From the NCBI GenBank assembly GCA_964199315.1, contig OZ116705.1, positions 29,202,001 through 29,266,000 of the forward strand: 64,000 nt of DNA, in the 5' to 3' direction. Origin of the DNA: Orbicella franksi. Its lineage: Eukaryota. This document shows, in pieces, positions 1-13,300 of this stretch (position 1 is its first letter; every line of letters starts with the position of its first letter). The notes beneath the pieces were generated by a model, which was not told the DNA's origin, ran no database searches, and saw only the letters and a list, made by a program, of their open reading frames with translations. The position numbers were made by a program, and so were the translations under genes.

Positions 1-1789
1 CGCAGCCCGAGTCAACTATGACACAGAAATCGAGAGCGATTAATCTACTATAAATCTACTAGTCGTTCAAAACTTCATCTAAATCAGGTCTCCAGATACT
101 TAGATAACGCAAAGAAGCGGCCGCCATTTTGTTAACAACTGATACTGCTACGCTACTCTCTGTCTACAACAGAATAGATCGTGAGTAGAGTAGCTAATCA
201 GAGAACGGCATTCGTGATAGAACGCTAGTAGATTGATAGCAAAACTCGACAGAAACAAGGTACATATTTTCTATTTCTTAAATAATATACAACTTATAAA
301 AATACATAATGAATGAGCCGAGATCAATTTCTTTTCTGTGGCTATCGATCAAATGCTGTTTGAAAGCTCCAATGCGCTTGGTCCTCAAAAACGAAAAAAC
401 ATAGCGTCAGCGTATTTGGGAACATGGAAACTAGTTTACAAGTTTAAAGATTCTTTGATAGTCAGAAGTCCGTGATGAGCCAATAAAATAGTGAGATTTG
501 AAATACCTTTAAACCATTTGACGGTTAACATTGAACTGCCTCTTTTTCGGACGGTTTACAGCAAAAATTGCAGTTTTTTGACGGTTTTCGGTTAAATTTT
601 GGGCTGTTTGACGGCTGACGGTTAACCCCATTGACACCCTCGTAGATAGGGCTGCATTTTGAGCAAGTTTATTTGTTCAAGTAAATATCTTTATGTACAA
701 TCTTCTAATCCAAATCTCAGAATGAGTATCTGTTTATTATTTGCTATTCTAAATCTAATATTGAGTATTCTTTCTTATTATTTACGATTCAAAGGAAACT
801 TTTTTAGGAAAGTCATGGGGGTAAGAAAAAACTGATCCCTCAAAAAGAAATTTGACTGAAACAAGGAATTCTCTTTCCTAGCCAGTGAAAAGGCTCACGT
901 TTGAGGAACACACGAGCAAGCAGCAAAGTTTGACCTCGTTCCCACGGTCCCCCTCTCTCACTCTTGGTAGGAGGACAGAGAGACCCTGGGAACAACAGAG
1001 ATCAGAGATCAAGGCAGGCTGACCTCCTTTCTGCACCAGACTCCTCGCTCACTGACTCCCACTTTGCTGCTCACAAGTGTGACTGAAAGGTGAGCCTGCT
1101 CACAGGCTATCTCTTTCCTGAAGATGAAAACCAATGCAGAGACTTCTGAGAGGGACTACAGGCTAGCTGGAGTTCTTGAATTTACCCACGCCACTGCACC
1201 GACTTCCAACATTTATTTGCTGAAATGAAAACACAATTTTGCTGTGTGAGTAATGCAACAGAACTACACGGGAAATATATCACATAAAAAATATTTTCAT
1301 TCTTCCAGCCATATTATTGTTTTACTTAATATCCCAGATTTCTTAGAAGGACGAAATCCTGTTGTGAATTAAGGTTGCCATTTGATCTTTAATTAATTTT
1401 GTCACAATGAGGAGAGTAAATCCAGAATCATCAGAAAGGATGACAAAAACTCAAAAGATTTTCATGTAAATGCTGCACCAGGGAAAGAACCTTGTAAGAG
1501 AGCTGACTCGTCTCCAGTCTTCTTCATACAACACGTAGCACGGCGAAAGGGGAAAAGTGAGAGGGGGAGCAAAGGGTACCCATCTCACCTTGCGGTTCCA
1601 TCTCGCACCGTGCCACGCACTGTAGGAAGTTGTGTGAAGACGAATGGGGACGAGTCAGGTAAGAGAGCGCCCACTAAAAGCTGTGTTTCTGACTCGATAG
1701 CAAAACAAACCAGCATCAGCTGTTGACCAAATGATCATGTATAGAATTTCTTCCTCTGGAATTAAGTTTGTGCATTTCTACATGTGTAT

Positions 1790-3390
1790 CAGAACAAATC
1801 AAGATCTTGGTAGCAGAGGGTTGTCAATAGTAACTGTTCCTGAAGCTGTTACTGACCTGACTGAATTGGAGGAAATTGACTTGTCAGATAATTATCTGGA
1901 AGAATTACCAACAAGTATTAACAAGCTGAAAAATCTGAAAATGCTGAGATTACAACGAGAACCAGTTCAGAGAACTTCTTCAAGCCATTGCTGAGTTGAG
2001 TAACCTGACCGTGCTTAGTGTGAGTAACAACCAGTTGTCTGTTCTACCCTCAAGGAACTGAGGGGACTGTACTTGACTAGTAACCAGTTGACTGCATCGC
2101 CTCACGAGATTGGTGAACTGAAGGAGCTGGAATGGCTGGATGTGAGAATGGACACTGGAGACTGGATTTGAGTAATAACCAGTTGACTTTATTGGCTGAT
2201 GAGATTGGTGAACTAAAGGAGCTGGCATGGCTGGATGTGAGTAACAATGAGCTGACAGTTTTATCATCACACATAAAACATCTCAATTAAATCCAGGTAC
2301 CGTTGTGGGGTGATAACCAGTTGACTACATTGCCTGATGAGATTGGTGAACTGAATGGAAGGAGCTGGTATGGTTGAATGTGAGTAACAATGTGCTGACA
2401 GTTTTATCATCACACATAAAACATCTCAATAAACTCTGGGTACTGTTGTGGGGTGATAACCAGTTGACTACATTGCCTGATGAGATTAGTGAACTGAAGT
2501 TAGAATTGTTATCGGAGACGGCGTTTTAGATCTCAGTAGTCGAGGGTTGTCAAAAGTTCCTGAAGCTATGTCTGATCTGACTAAATTGGAGGAACTTGAC
2601 TTGCCACATAATTATCTGGAAGAATTACCAACAAGTATTAACAAGCTGAAAAATCTCTTACGGCTGACATCAGAGGTGAACCAGTTGAGAGAACTTCCTC
2701 AAGCCATTGCTGAGTTGAGTAACCTGACCGTACTTAGTGTGAGTAACAACCAGTTGTCTGTTCTACCTTCAAGGAACTGAGGGGACTGTACTTGAGTACC
2801 AGTTGACTATGTTGCCTGATGATGCTGGTGAACTGAAGGAGCTGGTATGTAGTGTTACATGATGTGAGTAAAAAGAAGCTGACAGTTTTATCATCACACA
2901 TAAAACATCTCAGTAAATCTCAAATAGTCCTGAATACTAGACTTGAGTAGTAACCAGTTGACTACACTGCCTGATGAGATTGGTGAAGTGAAGGAGCTGG
3001 AATGTCTGGATTTGAGAATGGAGACTGGAGACTGGACTTGAGTTTTAACCAGTTGACTAAATTGCCTGACCACATTGGTGAACTGAAGGAGCTGGAATGG
3101 CTGAATGTGAGAATAGATTACTGGAGACTGGACTTAAGTAATAACCAGTGGAGACTGGTAAATTGAATGAGCCCATAGTATTGGATGTGAGTAAAATCAG
3201 GCTGACAGTTTTATCATCACACATAAAACATCTCAATAAACTCTGGGTACTGTTATTGAGTGATAACCAGTTGACTACATTGCCTGACGATATTGGTGAA
3301 CTGAAGGAGCTGGAAATGCTGCTTGTAACTGGAAATCCTGTAAAACTGGAAGAAATGAAAAAGGTTGTGAAAATACAGAAGATTTGAAGC
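1790..3390 (+). pseudogene. Decayed, internally amplified LRR array (about 13 LRR units), inverted relative to the Roco LRR exon
   Basis: Repeated aaccagttgact..gcctgatgagattggtgaactgaagg units closely resemble the reverse complement of 25039-25678. Two N-cap starts (~1805, ~2530) and one C-cap (GNPVKLEEMKKVVKIQK); many frameshifts and stops. Confidence 0.88.
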
Positions 3391-4321
3391 CAGGCCTGGC
3401 ACAAAACAGTATGTGTGTAGACCTGTACCTCTTAGGGATTCTTTCCAAAATTTCTGATGAGCATCCCTGTCTTTTTTATATGGGAGTCTCACTCCTCCCC
3501 AGGCCTCACACGAAAACAGTGGCACAAGAAAACAGAATTTAAATTTAGATTAACAAAATAAACAAGGGACTATCTTTTCTTGTTATTGCTGTGTTTTCAA
3601 CAGGAAATAGAAAACATTTATCTGTTTCTATTGAGCTATAAAAAACTCGTGAAAGATTGAAAGAGCTGAAAAAAGTACCCTCCTAATCTTTCACTTGTGT
3701 TTCTATTAAACAATTACCGGTAGACTATGGGCTCAAGATTTCTATTGCATGATAGTTGATGTGGGCACAGTCCAAGTGAACTATCACGCATAGTAATCAA
3801 GAGCAAACAATCTAAATGTTTTAGTATAAATCTACTACATGTTCAAAAATTTATCTAAATCCTTTTCACTGCAACTCGAAAACGCAAAGAAGCAGCCGCC
3901 ATTTTGTTGACAAGTGCACACTGCTATGCTACTCACTCTCTACAACTGAATAGATAGTGAGAAGCATAGCCAATCAGAGAATGGCATTCGTGATAGGACA
4001 AATGTATATTAATACTCGATAGAAACAAGGATTTTTTTTTCAATGTTTGTTCAGGTCTTGCATGTCATAAAATAAAAATAATCATAAAACAACTTACATT
4101 TTGTTAGCACCAATGCTTGCAAGTATGAAGTTCTTGTGTTACCTTGTGATGTTGCCACTAAACAGGACACTCATGTTCAGCAGCAATTCATTGAACAATC
4201 TTTCCTTTGGCTTATTACTATGAAATCTATTTACTACCAATCTTTGTAGTTCTACTGTCTTGCAATTCTTTGATGCCTTCTAAATTGAAGTCACAAGCTG
4301 CTTCATTGTCAAAATTTGATT

Positions 4322-7300
4322 CTAACAAGACTTGCTCTGCAAACCTGGAAAGAGAATAAAAACAAAACTGAATAACCAGATACTAGTAGCAGCTATTGAA
4401 TTGTTGTTCAGGTCCACTTGATGGGAGGCATTAAGGACGCTCGCGCTAATTGTTTCTGCGCATCCTTACTGTGCACGAAATTCACATGCCACGTCATGCA
4501 TCAAGCGTGCGCGCTAAGTAGTAAGGTGAACAATAATAAGGCAAATGGCCACTGCTACAACTTTGCGTCGATTTAACGCTCTTGGACATTCGGTGACCCC
4601 TATTTTTCTTTTGATGGGCCATTTTCTCAACCGATTTTCTACCTTTTGCAAAAAAATGAAGAAAATCTATCGTGTAGAAGTTTGAATTTTTTGCAAAATG
4701 CACCATCAAATTCCGTTCATTTGACCTCTCCGTTTAGCTGTGCGTCAGTTTGAAAAGCCTCTTGAAGGGTTAAGGTTTGTGAAAATGATGGCAATATTTA
4801 GAATTATTGATGCCACAGATCCACTTATGCAAAATATTGTTAGGACAGTTTGCCTCTGTTGACTTATCTTTGATATTTCAACCTATGACGCTGGAGACCA
4901 TGCTGAATTACGCACACCAATTTATCAAAATCAGACTAGTTTTCCACACGCTTGATCTCTGAAACGAAGTCGGTGACCCCCAATTTTTATTTCATTTCTG
5001 AAACAAGTATATCATTATCTGTCCGCAGTAGAGGTTTTAAAGAAATCTATCGAGTACAAAATTTTCGCGCGAACGTCCTTAAATTATTCTACGATGATGA
5101 GTGCAGGTTACCTCCTTTGAGCAGTTTGGTGGGAATCATAGAAAATAGTATAATACAGATAGGACCCTGTGTGCACTCCGATTGGTCAAAAAACTATGTT
5201 TTAACGGAGTATTAAACATAGAAAAAGCGTGTTTTATTGTTTTTTTGCCACATTACCTCTATATCATAAACCAAATCAACCTAGAAACCTAAGCCATGTA
5301 TTACACTGTGATAAAACACTCCGAACATTTGAGAACACTAGTGAAATATAGAAATCACTCGCCTGTAGCTCGTGTTTTCTCTTGTGTTCTTAAATGCTTG
5401 TCGTGTTTTACATGTATCACAGTGTAAAACACGGCTAAGCCTTCTTCATTTGTTAAAGAAAAGCCTTATGATTCATACTAAGCAACACAGTGGAGGATTA
5501 AAGGTCAACATCTTCCAAACTTATTCCAATCTACTCACAATTTTGTCATAGTCCCTGCTATAATGTAAACAGTATTCTATCACTATTTTCTCGATCTTAG
5601 TTGCAAGATCTGATCAGCTGAAAAGCCATGTAGGAATCAGAAAACCATGTTTTACTATTTCAAGTGTGTTATATCAAAATCATAAATTAGTGTTTTACTC
5701 AACTTTAGCTTTATTTGTTAAATAATAACTTAATGATAATTCTCTTGAATAAAACAGGTAATTAACATTCCAAGGAGACATACAAATTTGTCTACAATCA
5801 CGACAAGATTATAAATCTCTGAAAAAGAAGAACAGTTAACATACCCAGGAGAAATATAGAAAATGATAGACCTGACAAGCAGACTTAATGTACACAGCAT
5901 GATGTAGTAAGTGTTACCTTGTATGAGTTGAAATGATGTACATTATTAATAAACTGTCTTATAACACAGTGTATTGCCAAAGTCTCACCTTGTTTGGGTA
6001 GCAGGCTGACGTAGTGGACTTCATGAACATGGCCCAGCACAAGTGGGTTGGTGCTGATCACATCACCATCAGGCCTGATAGTAAGGTCACGGTGATTTGA
6101 CTGACTGCTAATCACATCAATGTACGTTTTATAGCAGTTTGTAGTCACATACAGAATCACGTGATCGCCCCATGTGCCATCTTGCTCCATGTTTGTAAGA
6201 TAATCAGCCCATGACTGATATCCATTGATGAAGTTAAACAGATCTGTTCCATCAGGCTGTAAGAAGGGAGAATAAAAAGGCTAACTTTAGGTCAGTACAC
6301 ACATACGGGGGTATACGTGTGATGGCAGAAATGTCCCTCCATAAAGTTACATGTATAACGGAGAACCAAATTTTGAGATCTTTCCTCAAAACAAATTATT
6401 TTAAGACAACTAATCCCTGTACATGGCGATGCCCAGTTTTCTGCCATCTTATCGGACTGCAAGTCCAATTCAAATGCTGACACAAATGCTGGAGTCTGAT
6501 TACTTGGAACATATTTTCCCAAGCCACAAATCATTGTTAAGATATTTTAACCCGAAAAAACAAAATAAAATACTAAACTTACCAGTTTTGGGTTCTTTCT
6601 GAGGTACTGCACTATGGATTGTCTTAATTCTCCATGTGAGATCTCGATTCCTTTCACAACGTTCAGTTGTTCAGACAGCGCATGAAACATGCAGTTCCCC
6701 GACCCTTCATTGTCAGAAATCACAAAGCCTTTGTCTGATGCAATTTTCTTCAACTCTGCTGATGGGTCAGTATTACTGTTGAAGTTGCTTACACTGCGTT
6801 GAATTTGCTGAAGACTCATGAACATTTGCCCAGGCAGATCTAAAAAGAAAAAACGTGTAAATTCAGGTCACTGCACAGGGGTTACTCACTGGAATCTTTT
6901 GGTGGAAAGGGAAAGCGATATCTGTTTCTTCAAATCCTATTTGAGACAAAAATACCTCATTTTTAAAACTCTTAGTTTCTATTAACTGAGTTGCAAAATG
7001 GCAGTGTGTAAACTCGCATACACAGTCCCATGGAAAGAGATTTATAATACAGTCACTGAACTATGCTTTTAGGATTTCTATATGAAAAAACTACAGTCAA
7101 ACCTGTATATAATGGCCCTGTATTAAGTGGCTAGTTTTCGAAGTCCCGATTTTTCACTCAAACAAACGCTGTATTTGTTACCTGAATTAGGCGGCCACCT
7201 CTATTAAGCAGCTGTGGCCACCCTGTGACAGTCCTATGTTTGCCTTTCTTATTTATTTTTACCTGTATTAAGCGACCACCCTTGAATGGAAACTAAACCA

Positions 7301-10300
7301 AATGCCATTTTATGCGGTATTTTATTGTGTTTAAAATGCAATCCATCATCACTAATAAGAAATAACATGTACAAAGCTACTGTAAGCTGGTAATAGGCCG
7401 TTTAGTATCATTAACATTTTCCAGATGTCTGCAATGTGCTGAAATACAGTACCATTTCATTAGACCACGCTCAGTGAGTATTTTTAATGATCCTGTTTTA
7501 AGTGGCCAGTTCCTCAAGTCCTTAGGGTGGCCTTTATATACAGGTTCGACTGTATACCTAATTCCAACCTTAGGTCAATTACCAATAAAACATTTACTGT
7601 AGAGCAATACAGAAAAATCTGACTAACTTTCAAACCAAAACAGCCCAAAAATCCATGTCTTTCAGGCTCCCACACATCCATATAGCTCATTTCTGGAAGT
7701 AATGCCTCCCCCTGTTCCCTTCAATGTTGACAATGTTACTGCAGAAAATATTGCTACATCCTAGTATTGTTGCTACATGCTTACCTGGGGGTAGTGGAGA
7801 TTCATTTGTAATCTGTCCAACTACAGACTCTGCTGAATCACTACACCGACTTGTGGAATATGCTTCATGACTTACAGGTTCTTCTGAAGCTATGAAAAAG
7901 AAATAATTAAATTCATCAGCCTGTCTCCACACCCACTAGCATCTCTGCATGCTCCCCTTTTATAGCAAGACAAGGCAACTTCACTTCACCCCCCACAGCC
8001 CCACCCCAACTTTTGAGAAGTACAATTATTTCTTTCATCAAAACACTTGATAAAGAGCTAAGAAACTTATTAAGGGAAAGTAAAAAAAAACACACTTAGA
8101 ATCACTCCTCCAGCTTTTCAGAAGGACCCCCTTATGTAGTGAGAAAAGACATCATATCTTTGCTAAAATCCCCTCCACCCTCACCCCTAAGCTTTGGAAC
8201 ATATCTGGATTCGCTTAGAGTAAAATTTGTTCAATAGTAAAAGGACTAGAGATGGTTTACTGCATGATTTTCTGGATATGCTGTGAAACAGATGAACAAA
8301 CAGGAGAAAATAACACCAGAAAACAAATCAGGTGAATCTCACTTGGGTAACATAATTATTGATCATGACAATGTAAAAAACAATAAGTCAAAGCCTTACC
8401 ATGAACCAAACTCCACATCTTCTCAACAAGGGCTTCACACTGTTTCTTCCAAATGAACTTCTCTTCATAGGATGCCCGTAGTCTTTGAATCTCTTGCAGT
8501 CGCTCTGCTCTGTCTTTCAGACGTACAGCTCTAATTGCCTTGGCCCAGTCTTTAGGGTCAGCAGAATCCACCACAAATGGCTTACCTAGTGGTAGAGTGC
8601 ACAGTGTATCTCCAAATCCCGAGTTTCCACTCACAAGAATGGGAAGACCAGCAGACAAGGCTTCCAGTGCAGTTAATCCAAATCCCTCTGTCCTAGACGG
8701 CATGATGACAAGGTCAACTTCACAAAACAACTTTTTCAGTCTTTCCTTACTTTGTATAAATCTTCGGACAAACAACTGATTTCTAGAGATTCCACTTTGC
8801 AGCATGTTTTCAGCAACTTCCTCCTGTTTCCCATCTGGTGCACCGACAAACACCAGATGATATGAGCTGTCTTCCAGTTCAGCTATTGCTTTAGCCACAA
8901 TGTCATATCCTTTAAGACTGAAGTCTTCAGGATCACCACGGCCAAAGGTCAACACCTTAAACTTATTACGCTCACTTGCTGCTTGTGTGATGTCTGAAAA
9001 CTCACTGAACGTGCCAGGTGTCAGCTGAATGATGTCTTGGTGTTTCTCACAAAAGCGCAGATAAGAGGAGTATGCCTCCGTCAACTTGGGTCCAACTGCT
9101 GCCACAACATCTGCCAATTCACACAATTCTATTTCAATTCTGCTCTTCTCTTCACCTTTGGAAATGGCATTTGGATAGTCTTTATGCATTCCAAGTTCTT
9201 CAGGAGCAGTATGCAGTACTTGGACCCACTTACATTTGTGTGATTTTCTGATGAATTGGGCTTGTTTACCAAGCTTCCCTCCATGGCCCACTATGATGTC
9301 AATGGTAAGGTCTTCTGGTGGGGAACTCAGCCAGTCAAGAGGGTCATCGTAGCCTGGACGTCTCTCTGCTTCTCTAATGGACACTTTGTGGCTTTCAGCA
9401 GTCCTCTCCCCTTCTTCAGAACAGGAAAATTGTGGGACTAAGAGGGTGACTTTTACTTGCTCATGTTGAGCCAATTCTGTAGCAAGCTCTCTGTTTATGG
9501 TTGACAAGCCTCCTTTAGATGAATCCCACTCACTGGCCAACAGAGTAACACTCAATGCTGTACCAGATTTCCCTTGATTCTCTTTTGCTCGTGCATCTTG
9601 TGAAGTGGCAACTTTGGTAGAAGGACTCAAATCCTACAAGAGAACCACACCTACAATTAAAGCTGGACTCCAGATCAAGCAGTCCAGGTTTGAGACTTGG
9701 CAGGGTCACTGTGTTGTGTTCATGGGAGACACACTTTACTCTCACAGTGTCTCTCTCCACCCCAGTGTATGAATGTGTACTATACTGTGTATGGCAAATT
9801 TTATGCTGTGTGTAATGCTGCACTGGACTAGCATCCTCCAAGGGGAGGTAAAGATACACCTATTGCTTAATGCTGCAGGAAATTAGATGAACTCTACCAG
9901 TATGGGACTCTTAGCTTGATAAAGACTTTCAAAATAAAAGACAATGGGTTTACAACCAATTAGCAAATAATGTTCTGTAGCGTCTTAATGATTATTTTCA
10001 ACATTAAACAGTCAATTTTAATCTTTTGTGATTTTTATAAGTAAACTGGCCTTTATCAAATCATTTCTCCAGAGATATAATTGAACCTCCAACATATATA
10101 GCATTGTAGTAAAGACCTGCAGGCAAAATAAATCCTAGGGGTGAGGATTGAGGAGGAAGAACTACTTGAGAAAGGGGCAGTACTCAAGGAGGTCCAATCC
10201 CTCAGCCACTAAACATTTTTCTCAGAAAAGGTGATCCTTTCAGATTCCCTCCATACAACATGGTAACTAGGGAGGGAGGGGATTACTCAACAAAGTTTTA

Positions 10301-13300
10301 TAATGTGAGTTGCTACTAAACAAAGTGGTGCTCCTTTGACGTACTACAGTAGACAAAAAGGAAGGTTACCCCAACCCTTTGGACTACACTGGTAGATATC
10401 CTACAGGAACCTAAAATAGGATCCCAAAGGATCTTGTGTAGGATCCGAAAAGAGTTTTTACAGGATCTCTTTTAATTCTGCAGCATCCTAACTAAAACAC
10501 CATTCCTAGTTAGTATCCTAATAAATCCTACCAGATCATGTAAGATCCAGTGCATTAGATTTAACCAGTGGTATTCTTCCACTTGTAAAATTGGTAACTC
10601 CTTTCACACAGAGCTCCCTCAATATTCCATTACACATGCATGTAGGCAATACCCCTTAAACCCTAAGATGACACAGGGATGGCCACTTTTTGTAAAGTAG
10701 AGTAATTTTTCTGTCAAGTATATTACAGATCATATAAGTCACATACCTGGCTTATTTTCTTTAAGAACCATTTCTCCAGGCCGTGGACAGTGCATACTTT
10801 GTCCCAGAACCTCTTCTTACAGATCTGTGGTTGATCCTGTTTTACTTCAAGAAGGTGGAAGCATTCCTCGTCAACACATGACACTCTTCCATGGCTGGAA
10901 CACTCTTGACTACCCTCATCTCTCCCTTGATGACAGTATGGACAGGCTACACACAACTCATACTGCAGTCCACTCAGGTATGGCAGTTCCTGTGACAAGG
11001 TTTGCAAAGTTTCTTCTACAAACTCGCGCACTTGTGTAGCTAGTTCTTCTGACTTCTCTGCTGAAACCTGATGACTTTGTGCTTCTAAATTCCTTAGAAC
11101 AATCTTCACAAAATTCTTCTTGCAAATGAGAATGAAATGATGGAGCTGTTTCCCAATAAAGAAACAAGCTCCATTTTGGTACAGCTTTGGCTGCTCCATG
11201 GGCCAAGTCTTCTTACAGCACCAACGAATGGTTTGCGACACAAGCTGTGAGAACAGACCATGAGGGACAAAGCCATGCACAAAGTGGAGATACAAAGGAC
11301 AAGGATCAGTGTGAAATGGCTCTATTTGACAGAAATCATCAGGTGATGGGTCAAGTTGAGCTGGTACAAAGTACTTTATGTCACTTGGGGAGGGTGAGAA
11401 CTTGGCGATCAAACCAAACTGCTCCATCATGTTCAAGATGTCATCTTTGATAACACCTTGTTGAATAAACTTGGAAAAGACATGATCGATGTGTTCCATG
11501 CAGAGGATGCCGTTTTTCTTCAGTTCATCCCAGTACTTGGCGTGTACAGGATCCTATGAAAAATCATCAGAATGACAGTTATAAGTACATGCATAAAGCT
11601 ACCTGGCTACTTTAGCCACACATGAGGCTAAAGAGTTTATTGACAATGGCATCCTTGTAAGTACACTTAGCAGTCTCTCAAATAGGGAATGCTTTTATGT
11701 CAAAACTACATGTAACAGTTACTTATTAAAACCGAGATTCTGGAACATACGTTCATTTTAAACATATACTGAGAGATGTTTCTTCATGTAGTACTGACAT
11801 TCCTAGCATATCATAAGTTTACTGAGTGGTCCCAACGTAGATATAACAATACAAAGTAATGTGACAAAATATTTAAATCACCTCCACTCAAAAAAATGTC
11901 ATTTTTTGGTAGAGCATTCCACCGGTAACGCAAAGGTAGCGGGTTTCAATCCCGTTCAGAGCCTGAAATTTTTTCAGGTCATTTTCCCAGTAGCGTTATA
12001 TTGGCTGCATTCGCATCTTTCAGTCTTTCATTATTTAATTGCTACTGTCGGACATCTATTACCGTGGCATTCATATACTTGAGCCGAGTATTACGTCCAC
12101 TGAACATATAGGGCAGAACTCACACACGACCGCTCTCATGTGGCTTTGATAGCTCAGTTGGTAGAGCATTGTACTGGTAACGCAAAGGTCATGGGTTTGA
12201 ATCCCGTTCACAGCCTGAAATTTTTTCAGGTCATTTTCCCAGTAGTGTTATGGCTGTATTTGCATCTTTCATTCTTTCTTTACATGTGATATTTGGTTTT
12301 CCTAACTTGGTGGTTGATCAATTAATTTACAAGTATCTAATAGGCACTGCATCGTGTAGAATGATATAATTTTCTAAAGGGTTAGCCAAATTAATAGAAA
12401 GATAAACAACTACATGTTTGTCTCATATACCATAGTGTATATACCGTTGTGTACATACTGTAACTTAATGTTTTTCAGCTACACAAGTATTAAAAAAGTG
12501 ACAACAACTAATTGAGGAAAAGATCAGGTAAAGGCTGAACACTGAAATTTCTAATATTAAAATTTTTTCCTACCATTTTATCAAAGTGTGGAATAGTTAT
12601 CAGCTGCTTCAATAGGTCAATCAGCCACTGAGCCTTCAGAACAACTGTACTGCGATGCTTGATAATCACACCAAGGCCATGGTAGAAACCGATCATACCA
12701 TCAAACTCATCTGCATCTTCTATCAAGCAATGCTTTTTGGCATAGCTTTGGAGTTGCACCAGATTTATGTGAAAAATCTCTTTGGCAACCAAGGCTTCAA
12801 TCACCTTTTCAAACAGAAACCATCTAAAAGAGATCGGAGAAAATTAATCATATTACATGTCAATTAAACCCTTATTTCTGCTATTTACCTTGATTTTAAT
12901 TATAGATTGAAATTGGCCTATTTCTTCTCGTCCAATGTCAGTGCAACAATATCTTCAGTTGCTGATTTAAAAATACACAAAAACAAGACTATATGTATTT
13001 ATTATTTACCTGACTGGTATCTTCTCCCCCATATATGGCTCCTGTCTCAACACCTCCATTATTTTGTTCTGCAGTTCTTGAATGTCATCTATCTTCCCCT
13101 CTTGCTCTGAAAATAAATAACATACATTTTGACACCAATCCAGTGTGGTTACACATAACTGAGATATCCTTACAGTGTGGATGTAGGTACATTGTAAATA
13201 GGTTCAAATCTGGTGTCGTATTGAGCAAGTAGCAAATTTTTGAGAGCAAGCAACAGTGGCAAGCCAGAAAGAGAGTCTGCTCTGATCTCTGTGGAAATTC

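Noticed and set aside
1790-3390. Repeat-spacer-like pattern suggesting a CRISPR array
   Set aside because: The units are 69/138-bp LRR codon repeats with related 'spacers'. There are no cas genes and the context is eukaryotic.
8540-9441. Short ORFs overlapping GT4, conserved in both copies (e.g. 8540-8779 and 55030-55269)
   Set aside because: Shadow frames of the conserved GT4 exon; conservation is explained by the sense-strand gene.
8356-9630. GT4 and DUF3987 ORFs as bacterial contamination
   Set aside because: Both are joined to other exons by canonical spliceosomal introns and lie in eukaryotic repeat-rich DNA.
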